A DNA stretch of 64,000 nt from Alphaproteobacteria bacterium (GTDB taxonomy: Bacteria; Pseudomonadota; Alphaproteobacteria; SMXQ01). A program made the translations under genes and the position numbers. The notes under the pieces are model-generated. The model saw nothing but the letters and a program-made list of their open reading frames with translations, did no database searches and was not told the origin of the DNA. Position 1 is the stretch's first letter; each line of letters starts with the position of its first letter. The stretch covers positions 25,905-89,904 of the forward strand of contig JAURLI010000052.1 in assembly GCA_030831315.1 (NCBI GenBank), read 5' to 3'. This document shows positions 37,331-45,685 of this stretch, piece after piece.

Positions 37331-38593
37331 ATGAACCGCTTTCAAACCATCAGTGTATTCGCGTTGGCAGCCCTTGGCGCGGGCCTGAGCCAGCCGGCAG
37401 GTGCTGCACCCGAAGACGTGCTCAAGGGCAAGAACGTCAACATGTTCATTTCGTCTGGCGCGGGGGGAACCAACGATACCTTCGCCCGCCTGATTGCCGA
37501 TCACATGGCGCGTCATTTGCCGGGCCAGCCCAATATCCTGCCGAAGAACCTGCCCGGCGCCGGCGGGCTCAAGGCGGCCAAGTTCCTCTATACCCAGGCG
37601 TCGCGCGAAGGCCTGTCCATGGGCGTGGTGCAGCGTTCCATCGCGGCGCAGCCGCTTCTCGGCATCAAGGGCGCGGATTTCAACCCGCTCGAGTTCAACT
37701 GGATCGGTTCCACCGCATCCGAAGTTTCGGCGGGCGTGGTGTGGAACGCACCCGAAATCAAATCGATCCAGGATGCGCTGCAGAACGAAGTGCTGATTGG
37801 ATCGTCCGGCGTGGGCAACGACACCGGGGCGTTCCCGCGCGTCGTGAATTATTTCCTCGGCACCAAGCTGCGGCCGATCCACGGCTATATCTCGGGGACC
37901 GACATCATCCTTGCCATGGAGCGCGGCGAGGTGAAGGGCCGTTTCGGCTGGTCCTGGGGCTCGGTCAAGAGCCGTGAGCCCAAGCGTCTCAAGGATGGCA
38001 CCATCAAGGTGCTTTTGCAGATGGGCATCAAGAAGGCGCCCGATCTCGACGCGCCGCTGGTGCTCGATCTCGCCAAGAACGAACAGGACCGCAAGGCCAT
38101 GGAAGTGATCTTCGCACAGGTCACCATCGGCTGGCCGTCGCTGCTGCCGCCGAAGGTCCCGGCCGACATGGTCAAGGCCTACCGCGACGCCTACAAGGCG
38201 ACCATGAAGGATCCGAAGTTCGTGAAGGGGGCGAAGGATCGCAGGCTCGACCTCGATCCCCTTTCGGGCGAGGAAATCCAGTCGATCATCGCCAATATCT
38301 ACGCCTCGCCGCCGGAAGTGGTGACGCTTGCCCGCAAGGCCTATTCGCCCGGCGGTAATATCGAGATGGCGAAGATCCTCAAGGTCAAGGGTCCGATCGC
38401 CAAGATCAACAAGAAGGGGTCCAAGCTGACCATGACCGTCGACGGCAAGAAGGTCGATGCGCGGGTCGCCGGGCGCACGAAGATCACCATCGCCGGCAAG
38501 AAGGCGGAACGAAAGGCGCTGAAGGCCGGGATGACCTGCACGATGTCGCTGGTGGCATCGGGCGCGGTCGCCCAGAAGATGGCCTGCAACTGA
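37331..38593 (+). CDS. Bug/TctC-family substrate-binding protein with C-terminal two-Cys extension (paralog 5, tandem to paralog 4)
   Basis: Extension GPIAKINKKGSKLTMTVDGKKVDARVAGRTKITIAGKKAERKALKAGMTCTMSLVASGAVAQKMACN; core highly similar to paralog 4. Confidence 0.85.
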   Translation: MNRFQTISVFALAALGAGLSQPAGAAPEDVLKGKNVNMFISSGAGGTNDTFARLIADHMARHLPGQPNILPKNLPGAGGLKAAKFLYTQASREGLSMGVVQRSIAAQPLLGIKGADFNPLEFNWIGSTASEVSAGVVWNAPEIKSIQDALQNEVLIGSSGVGNDTGAFPRVVNYFLGTKLRPIHGYISGTDIILAMERGEVKGRFGWSWGSVKSREPKRLKDGTIKVLLQMGIKKAPDLDAPLVLDLAKNEQDRKAMEVIFAQVTIGWPSLLPPKVPADMVKAYRDAYKATMKDPKFVKGAKDRRLDLDPLSGEEIQSIIANIYASPPEVVTLARKAYSPGGNIEMAKILKVKGPIAKINKKGSKLTMTVDGKKVDARVAGRTKITIAGKKAERKALKAGMTCTMSLVASGAVAQKMACN

Positions 38594-38617
38594 AAGCCCC
38601 TTTGGCTGAAATCTCGG

Positions 38618-38651
38618 GAAGCGGGCCTTTTCCGGGCCCGCTTCTTTTTTC
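38618..38651 (+). terminator. Rho-independent terminator after paralog 5
   Basis: GAAGCGGGCC-ttttcc-GGGCCCGCTTC-TTTTTT. Confidence 0.7.
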
Positions 38652-38701
38652 GGGGTCCCCCTGCTAGGCTTTGTGAAAACGAGGCTTCGGGGAGTGCCGC
38701 A

Positions 38702-39400
38702 ATGGCAGGTGAAATCGAACTTCAGGTCGCGGGCGCGCCGGTGCGCGCGCTGTTTCAGTCGCCAAAGGGCAAGGGTCCTTTTCCCGGCATCGTCGTGTGT
38801 TTTCACATGGGCGGGCTCGACGAATTCGAGCATTGGCTGGTGGAAGACCTCGCCCGCCAGGGCTTCGTCGCCATCGCGCCCGACCATTATCACTGGCTGC
38901 CGGAAGGCGTCGGGCCCGAGCGCCGGCGCGAATTCCTGACCGATCAGGGCCTCGCCTTGGACCTTGCCGTCTGCCGCAGCTATCTCGAGATGCAGGAGAA
39001 CGTCGATGGCGACCGCCTCGGCATTCTTGGCCACTGCATGGGCGGGCGCACGACGCTTCTCGGCGCCGGTTGTGACAAGCGCTACAAGGCGGCCTGCATC
39101 TGGTACGGGGGCAGCGCCTTCAAGCCGCTGGGCCAGGGGCCGTCGCCGGTCGACCGTATTCCCAATATTGCTGCCCGGGTCATGGGATTCTTCGGCAACG
39201 ACGACAAGAACCCGTCGCCCGATGACGTCGACAAGATCGATGCGGCGATGACCAAGGCGAAAATACCCCACGAGTTCCATCGCTACGATGCCACCGGGCA
39301 TGGTTTCATGAGCCCGTTCAGCGAAAAATACGTCGAGAAATCCGCCAAGGATTCCTGGGCGCGCGCCAGCGCCTTCCTGAAAGAAGCCCTCGGCGCCTGA
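38702..39400 (+). CDS. Dienelactone hydrolase family protein
   Basis: GILGHCMGG nucleophile block, C-terminal HEFHRYDATGHGF block. Confidence 0.8.
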   Translation: MAGEIELQVAGAPVRALFQSPKGKGPFPGIVVCFHMGGLDEFEHWLVEDLARQGFVAIAPDHYHWLPEGVGPERRREFLTDQGLALDLAVCRSYLEMQENVDGDRLGILGHCMGGRTTLLGAGCDKRYKAACIWYGGSAFKPLGQGPSPVDRIPNIAARVMGFFGNDDKNPSPDDVDKIDAAMTKAKIPHEFHRYDATGHGFMSPFSEKYVEKSAKDSWARASAFLKEALGA

Positions 39401-39422
39401 TTGCGCCTTCCAAGGAGAGTTC

Positions 39423-40148
39423 ATGCTGCGTTTTACGACCCTGACCGCGGACAGCAGCGCGATGACGGCGCTGGTTTCAATTCCTGCCCGCGGCATGGCG
39501 CCTTTTCCCGGACTTGTCGTCATGCCCCATCGCGGCGGCATCGATCGCTTCACCATCGACCGGCTGGACCGCCTCGCCGATCTCGGTATCGCGTCGGTCG
39601 CTCCCGACATCTACCATCGCCAGCCCGTGGCAACCCCGACGACCCAGGGCAAGGACCAGTTGCGCGACGACGAAATCGAATCCGATATCGCGGCGGTTCT
39701 GGAATTCATTGCCGCGGACGGACGTTTCGACAAGGCGCGTCTCGGCATTCTGGGCCACTGCCAGGGCGGGCGTACGGCGCTGATCGGGCTGGTGTCCCGT
39801 CCTGAGGCGTTCTGCGCAGGCGTCATCTATTACGGCGGTTCGATCTTCAAGCGCATGGGCGGACCCGGCCCCGCGCCGTTCAACCGGATGTCGGTGATCA
39901 AGTGTCCGATTGCCGGTTTCTTCGGAAACGACGATTCCAATCCGTCGCCCGATGACGTCAGCCGCTTTGATGCGGAACTGCGGCGGCTCAAGATCCCGCA
40001 TGAATTTCATCGCTATGACGGCGCCGGTCACGCCTTCCAGGATTTCACCGACCACCATCGTTCGCGCGAACCGCAGGGCGAGCAGGCCTGGGCGGCAACG
40101 GTCACTTTCCTGAAGCGAGAGCTTGGCCTGGACGCGGCGGCTACCTGA
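39423..40148 (+). CDS. Dienelactone hydrolase family protein (tandem paralog)
   Basis: GILGHCQGG and HEFHRYDGAGHAF; same architecture as 38702..39400. Confidence 0.8.
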   Translation: MLRFTTLTADSSAMTALVSIPARGMAPFPGLVVMPHRGGIDRFTIDRLDRLADLGIASVAPDIYHRQPVATPTTQGKDQLRDDEIESDIAAVLEFIAADGRFDKARLGILGHCQGGRTALIGLVSRPEAFCAGVIYYGGSIFKRMGGPGPAPFNRMSVIKCPIAGFFGNDDSNPSPDDVSRFDAELRRLKIPHEFHRYDGAGHAFQDFTDHHRSREPQGEQAWAATVTFLKRELGLDAAAT

Positions 40149-40356
40149 AGACCTGCTGCAGGCCGGCGCGGAACAGCACCTTGTTTGCCGCCTCGGTCGA
40201 AACGACCGGGTAGGGCAGGGTGAATTCGCGGTTGAGGTGCGGGGTGAACCACACCTCGGTTCCGGGGTCGTCGCCTGCGCGCAAGGGGTAACAGCCCGCC
40301 TGTTCGAGGTGGTCGCGCAAGGCCATTTCGATGCGGCCCCGGGGCATGTCGATCAT
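40141..40356 (-). CDS. Small hypothetical protein (71 aa), convergent and overlapping 8 nt with upstream DLH gene
   Basis: GAGGAG RBS 6 nt before ATG at 40356; MIDMPRGRIEMALRDHLEQAGCYP... Confidence 0.35.
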   Translation of the reverse strand: MIDMPRGRIEMALRDHLEQAGCYPLRAGDDPGTEVWFTPHLNREFTLPYPVVSTEAANKVLFRAGLQQVFR

Positions 40357-40404
40357 CAAAGGTCTCCTCGGCCGGAAGTCTAGCGCGTTTTCGTTTCCGC
40401 GAAC

Positions 40405-41343
40405 ATGGCGGCTCGCTATAGTGCGCCGACCATGCGCATCGCTTCGCTCCTTCCATCCGCTACCGAAATCGTCGCCGTGCTGGGCGCCGCCGACGAACTG
40501 GTGGCGCGCAGCCATGAATGCGACTTTCCTGCGGGCATCGAAAACTTGCCGGTGCTGACCGAAGCCAAGATCGATTCATCCGGTTCATCGGCGGAAATTC
40601 ATGCGCGCATGGAAACGGCGGCGACCGATGCCCTGTCGGTTTACCGGGTGGATGTGGACGAACTGCGCCGCCTCGCCCCTGATGTCATCGTCACCCAGGC
40701 CCAATGCGAGGTCTGCGCGGTATCGGAAAACGACGTCATCGCGGCGCTGGCCGATTGGCCCGGCGGCGGGCCGGACTTGGTCAGCCTGAGGGCGGAAGAC
40801 CTTGCGGGCGTCTACGAGGACATACGCCGGGTAGGAGCCGCGCTCGGCCGCGCCGAGGCGGGTGAGCGTGCCGCCGGCGCCATGCGCGACCGCATTACCC
40901 GCATCGCGCTCGAAGCGTCCGACGCCGACTGGAAGCCGCGCCTGCTCGTCATCGAGTGGATGGAGCCGTTGATGGCCGGCGGCAACTGGATGCCGGAACT
41001 TGTCACGCTCGCGGGTGCGGAAAACCTTCTGTCGCAGGCGGGCAGGCATTCGCCGTGGATCACATGGGACGATGTCCGCGCCGCCGATCCCGACGCCATC
41101 CTGATCACGCCTTGCGGCTTCGACATTCCTCGCACGCTGTCCGATATCGCCGCCGTGACCGATCGGCCGGGGTGGGCGGAACTTGCCGCCGTGCGCGCGG
41201 GCCGCGTGGGCGTGGCCGACGGCAATGCGTTTTTCAACCGGCCGGGGCCGCGGCTTGCCGAAAGCCTCGAAATACTGGCGGAATTTCTGCATCCGGAATT
41301 CTTCGATTTCGGCCACGCGGGAAACAATTTCCGCCGCCTCTAG
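40405..41343 (+). CDS. Periplasmic-binding-fold protein of cobalamin/Fe3+-siderophore (BtuF-like) type, apparently without signal peptide
   Basis: RIASLLPSATEIVAVLGAADELVARS class-III PBP N-terminal block; start ATG 40405 or 40432. Confidence 0.6.
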   Translation: MAARYSAPTMRIASLLPSATEIVAVLGAADELVARSHECDFPAGIENLPVLTEAKIDSSGSSAEIHARMETAATDALSVYRVDVDELRRLAPDVIVTQAQCEVCAVSENDVIAALADWPGGGPDLVSLRAEDLAGVYEDIRRVGAALGRAEAGERAAGAMRDRITRIALEASDADWKPRLLVIEWMEPLMAGGNWMPELVTLAGAENLLSQAGRHSPWITWDDVRAADPDAILITPCGFDIPRTLSDIAAVTDRPGWAELAAVRAGRVGVADGNAFFNRPGPRLAESLEILAEFLHPEFFDFGHAGNNFRRL

Positions 41344-41428
41344 CCCCGGTCTTGGCGCGTTGACAGCGCCGCGCCAAGGGTCGATCATTCGGGGAAAGCC
41401 ATAAAAAATTCCCTAGGGAGTTCCCCCA

Positions 41429-43501
41429 GTGTTCCGTTCCCCGACCCCGATTTTCCGGGCGCAAAGCGTCGCCATCATCGGCGCTTCCGACCGCGCCAAG
41501 TGGCCGCTCACGATCTATGAAAACCTGCGCGACGGGGGATACCCGGGCCGCATCTATCCGATCAATCCGCGCCGCGACGAGGTGTGGGGCGTCAAGTGCT
41601 ACACCGGTTTCGATACCCTGCCGGAAACCCCGGACCTCGGCCTGTTCATCGTACCCGCCGATGCGGTGTTGGAGACCATGGAGCAGGGCATTGCCCGCGG
41701 TCTCAAGGCGGCTATCGTCTATGCCGCCAATATTGGCGAAGGCCATGATCCGGAAGTACTGGCCCGCGGGCAGCGTCTCAGGGCGCTCTGCGCCGATGCG
41801 GGCGTCACCGTCGCCGGTCCCAACTGCATGGGCGGCATGGCGGTGCGCGAAAAGCTGTTCCTTTATCCGAACAAGCCGATCTGCCGCCGGGCGCCCGGCT
41901 CCGTTGGTGCCGTGTTCCAGTCGGGCGGCACTCTCCAGTTCTGGGTGCAGACGTCGCAGGTGCGCGGCCTGCGGTTCTCCTACGCCATGTCGTCGGGCAA
42001 CGAGCTTGGGCTTGATCTTGCCGATTACGTCAATTTTCTGGTGGACGATCCCGAGACCAAGACCATCGTCCTGTTCATCGAGGGCATCCGGCGCATGGAT
42101 GCCTTCAAGGAAGCCTGTGCGCGCGCACTTGCCGCCCGCAAGCCGATCGTCGCCATCAAGACCGGGCGCACCGTGCGCTCGCGCGAGGCGGCCCAGTCCC
42201 ACACCGGCGCCATCGGCGGCGACTGGTCGGGCTATGCGGCTCTTTGCGAACGCTACGGCATCACCAATTGCGCCACTCTCGACGACCTGACCGAGACCGT
42301 GCTCGCCTTCCAGCAGGGCCGCCTGCCGGCGGGGCCGAACATCGGCTTCGTTACTACCTCGGGCGGCACCGTCGATCTGCTTTATGACTATGTCGAGGAC
42401 GAGGGGTCCTCAATGCCGGCCTATGGCGCCAAGACCCTGGCGCGGATCAAGCCGCATATCCCGCCCGAGATGAACCCGAAGAACCCGCTCGATTCGGGCA
42501 TCCCCGCGGGCAACAAGACGATGGCGGCGATCTGTCAGGCGGTGCTTGATGATCCCGCGATCGACATGCTCGCCTTTGCCGGCCAGATATCGGCGGGCCG
42601 CGCCGATATCGAAGGGGCCGAGCCGATCAAGACGCTGCTCGAGTATTCCACGAAGCCGGTCATCGGCTTCGGTCGCATGCGCTACCAGATGAGCGACGAA
42701 AGCATCCGCTATCAAGATCACGTCGGCATTCCCTATTTGCAGGGATTGCCCGAGACTTTGCGCGCACTCAACGCCCTTGCGGCCTATGGCGCGCGCGCGG
42801 GCAGGGCGGTGGCGAAGCTTCCGGCCGCCAACGGCAAAGCGGTCGAGCTCGCCGGCAAGGCCTTCGACAAATTGCTGAACGCCAACGGCGTGACCCTGCC
42901 CAAAAGCGCGCTGTGCAAATCGGGCGCTGAAGCCGCGCGCGCGGCGAAACGCATCGGCTTCCCCGTCGCCGTCAAGGTTGTCGCGCCGAAGTTCTCCCAC
43001 AAGACGGAAGTGGGCGGCGTGATCCTTAACCTGGCGTCGGCTGCCGACGTGGCGAAGGCGGCGAAGACCTTGGCGCAACGCATCCGCAAGGCCGACCGCA
43101 AGGCGGAAATCACCGGTTATCTCGTGCAGGAAATGGTGTCGGGCGTGGAGATGATCGCGGGCTGCCGCAATGATCCGGTCTATGGCCCGGTGCTCCTGCT
43201 GGGTTCGGGCGGCGTGCTGGTGGAGCTGACCCGCGATACCACCCAGCGCCTGCTGCCGGTCAGCGCCGCCGATGTGCGCGCCATGATCGGGGAATTGAAA
43301 GTGAAGAAGCTGCTCGATGGCTTCCGTGGCGCCAGGCCGGCCGATACGGCGGCGCTGGTCAAGGCGGTGGTCGGCCTCGGCAAGGTATTCCTCAGGCACC
43401 GGGAAAATCTCTCGGATCTCGAGGTCAACCCGCTGATCGTGCGGGAAAAAGGAAAAGGTGTCGCCGCCGTGGACGTCCGTCCCGTGCGGCGCAAGGTCTA
43501 G
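41429..43501 (+). CDS. NDP-forming acyl-CoA synthetase (acetyl-CoA synthetase ADP-forming family; FerA-type feruloyl/hydroxycinnamoyl-CoA synthetase candidate)
   Basis: 690 aa; CoA-binding N-domain (VAIIGASDR), succinyl-CoA-synthetase-like ligase domain and C-terminal ATP-grasp; GTG start with AGGGAG RBS; HCHL gene downstream. Confidence 0.75.
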   Translation: MFRSPTPIFRAQSVAIIGASDRAKWPLTIYENLRDGGYPGRIYPINPRRDEVWGVKCYTGFDTLPETPDLGLFIVPADAVLETMEQGIARGLKAAIVYAANIGEGHDPEVLARGQRLRALCADAGVTVAGPNCMGGMAVREKLFLYPNKPICRRAPGSVGAVFQSGGTLQFWVQTSQVRGLRFSYAMSSGNELGLDLADYVNFLVDDPETKTIVLFIEGIRRMDAFKEACARALAARKPIVAIKTGRTVRSREAAQSHTGAIGGDWSGYAALCERYGITNCATLDDLTETVLAFQQGRLPAGPNIGFVTTSGGTVDLLYDYVEDEGSSMPAYGAKTLARIKPHIPPEMNPKNPLDSGIPAGNKTMAAICQAVLDDPAIDMLAFAGQISAGRADIEGAEPIKTLLEYSTKPVIGFGRMRYQMSDESIRYQDHVGIPYLQGLPETLRALNALAAYGARAGRAVAKLPAANGKAVELAGKAFDKLLNANGVTLPKSALCKSGAEAARAAKRIGFPVAVKVVAPKFSHKTEVGGVILNLASAADVAKAAKTLAQRIRKADRKAEITGYLVQEMVSGVEMIAGCRNDPVYGPVLLLGSGGVLVELTRDTTQRLLPVSAADVRAMIGELKVKKLLDGFRGARPADTAALVKAVVGLGKVFLRHRENLSDLEVNPLIVREKGKGVAAVDVRPVRRKV

Positions 43502-43510
43502 GAGACGTCG

Positions 43511-44665
43511 ATGGAATACGAACTGCCCGAAGAGCTGCGGCTTCTCAAGGAGACGCTCAGGCGCTACGTCAACGAGGTGATGATCCCGATCGAGCGCGAA
43601 ACCTGCGAAGGGGTCAAGCTCAAGTCCGAATACAAGAAGAAGTTCGACGAGGATTCGAAGCGCCTCGGCCTGTGGCTCCTCGATGTGCCCGAGGAATTCG
43701 GCGGCCAGGGCATGGGCGTTCTCGCCACCTGCATCGTGACCGAAGAAATGGCCCGCTCCATCGCCCTGCCGACGCGCGGCGGCTACTTCACCGGCCCGAA
43801 CGTGCGTTCGATCCTCTACGAACTCGACGATGAGATGAAGGAGCAGTACCTCTATCCCGTCATCCGCGGCGAAAAGAAGGCCTGCTTCGGCCAGACCGAG
43901 CCGGACGCGGGCTCCGATCCCGGCTCCATGCGCACCACCGCCGTGCGCGACGGCGACGATTACGTCATCAACGGCGTGAAGCGCTTCATCACCGGCGCGG
44001 GCGAAGCCGATTTCATCCAGTTGATGGCGGCGACCGACCGCTCGAAAGGCTCGCGCGGTGGTATTTCGTGCTTCATCATCGACATGAACACACCGGGCGT
44101 CCGGCTCGGTGCCCAGTACGAGACGATGATGGGCGACCGGCCCTGGGAAATCATTTTCGAAAACGTCCGGGTTCCGGCGAAGCGCCTTGTCGGCAAGGAA
44201 GGCGAGGGCTTCAAGCTGGGCCAGCGTTGGCTCGGCGCGGGGCGTTTGCGCCACGGCTCGCGCGCGCTTGGCGTTGCCGAGCGCTGCATCGAGATGATGG
44301 TGAGCTATGCCAAGCAGCGCGTGACCTTCGGCAAGCCGCTCGCCGATCGCCAGGCGATCCAGTGGATGATCGCCGATTCCTATATCGAACTTCATGCGGC
44401 GCGGCTGATGGTCTATCACGCCGCGGCCAAGGCCGATTCGGGCGAGGACTACCGTATGGAAGCCTATATTGCGAAGTACTATTCGGACGAAATGGCCTTC
44501 CGTGTCGCCGACCGCTGCCTGCAGGTACATGGCGGCATCGGCCTGACCAAGGACCTGCCGATCGAGCACATGTGGCGCCAGCAGCGCTCCACCCGCATCA
44601 CCGAAGGTGCCAGCGAGGTCATGAAAATGGTCATCGCGCGCGGTATCCTGCGGCAGTACGATTAG
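43511..44665 (+). CDS. Acyl-CoA dehydrogenase
   Basis: ACAD blocks FGQTEPDAGSD, GVKRFITG, QVHGGIGL. Confidence 0.85.
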   Translation: MEYELPEELRLLKETLRRYVNEVMIPIERETCEGVKLKSEYKKKFDEDSKRLGLWLLDVPEEFGGQGMGVLATCIVTEEMARSIALPTRGGYFTGPNVRSILYELDDEMKEQYLYPVIRGEKKACFGQTEPDAGSDPGSMRTTAVRDGDDYVINGVKRFITGAGEADFIQLMAATDRSKGSRGGISCFIIDMNTPGVRLGAQYETMMGDRPWEIIFENVRVPAKRLVGKEGEGFKLGQRWLGAGRLRHGSRALGVAERCIEMMVSYAKQRVTFGKPLADRQAIQWMIADSYIELHAARLMVYHAAAKADSGEDYRMEAYIAKYYSDEMAFRVADRCLQVHGGIGLTKDLPIEHMWRQQRSTRITEGASEVMKMVIARGILRQYD

Positions 44666-44769
44666 ACCGGAATTTGGCGGGAACCGCGGGTTTCCGTCGC
44701 TTGCGCCCGTGGGGGGCGGTTGCTACCCTGCGGGCAGAATCAACATAACTTAATGTCAGGGAGTGTCGC

Positions 44770-45636
44770 ATGGCCAAAGCCGCGAAGTCGTCCAAGAGCA
44801 AGAAAACCGTCCGCAACCTCGAAACCGTCATCATCGAAAAGGAAGACGGCATCGCCTGGTGCATCTTCAACCGGCCCGAAAAGCGCAACGCGATGAGCCC
44901 GCAGTTGCACCTGGACATGAACCAGGCGCTCGACGAGCTCGCCATCGACCCGGAAGTGAACGTCGTCATCATCACCGGCGCGGGCAAGGCCTTCTCGGCG
45001 GGTCAGGACATCCGCCTTTACTTCCGCGGCACCACCGAAGATCCGGCGAAGCGCCACAAGGCGAAGCACGCCTCCCACGCCTGGCGCTGGACGAAGCTTG
45101 CCAGCTTCCCGAAGCCGACCATCGCCATGGTCAACGGCTACTGCTTCGGCGGTGCCTTTACCCAGGTCTCGGCCTGCGACTTCGCCATTGCCGCCGATGA
45201 TGCGGTCTTCGGCCTGTCGGAAATCAACTGGGGCATCCTTCCGGGCGGCATCGTCAGCTGGAACGTGGTCGAGATGATGACCATGCGCGACGCCATGTAC
45301 TACGCCTGCACCGGCGAAACCTTCACCGGCAAGCAGGCCTCCGCCATGCGCTTCATCACCAAGTCGGTGCCGAAGGCGAAGCTGCGCGCGGAAACGGTCA
45401 AGCTCGCCAAGCTCCTCCAGCAGAAGAGCCCGGCGGCGCTCCGCTACACCAAGGAAGGCGTGCGCGCCGTCCGTTACATGAGCGTCGATCAGGCGGCCGA
45501 TTACCTCAACGCCAAGTCGGACGCGCTGAAATATGTCGACAAGGAACGCTCGCGCGAAAAGGGCATGAAGCAGTTCCTCGACGACAAGACCTATCGTCCG
45601 GGCCTCGGTCACTTCGACCGCTCCAAGGATCTCTAG
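44770..45636 (+). CDS. Hydroxycinnamoyl-CoA hydratase-lyase (HCHL/feruloyl-CoA hydratase-lyase, crotonase superfamily)
   Basis: Recalled near-identity of blocks to HCHL: NRPEKRNAMSP, TIAMVNGYCFGG, LSEINWGILPG, C-terminal GMKQFLDDKTYRPGL. Confidence 0.75.
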   Translation: MAKAAKSSKSKKTVRNLETVIIEKEDGIAWCIFNRPEKRNAMSPQLHLDMNQALDELAIDPEVNVVIITGAGKAFSAGQDIRLYFRGTTEDPAKRHKAKHASHAWRWTKLASFPKPTIAMVNGYCFGGAFTQVSACDFAIAADDAVFGLSEINWGILPGGIVSWNVVEMMTMRDAMYYACTGETFTGKQASAMRFITKSVPKAKLRAETVKLAKLLQQKSPAALRYTKEGVRAVRYMSVDQAADYLNAKSDALKYVDKERSREKGMKQFLDDKTYRPGLGHFDRSKDL

Positions 45637-45685
45637 CGTCCGGGGGGCGGCGGCTTATCGCCGCCCCATCGCTCGCCCGGCCATC

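Noticed and set aside
37175-39610. 811 aa minus-strand ORF
   Set aside because: Antisense to TctC paralog 5 and both DLH genes. Shadow ORF.
42410-44569. 719 aa minus-strand ORF
   Set aside because: Antisense to the FerA-like synthetase and ACAD genes. Shadow ORF.
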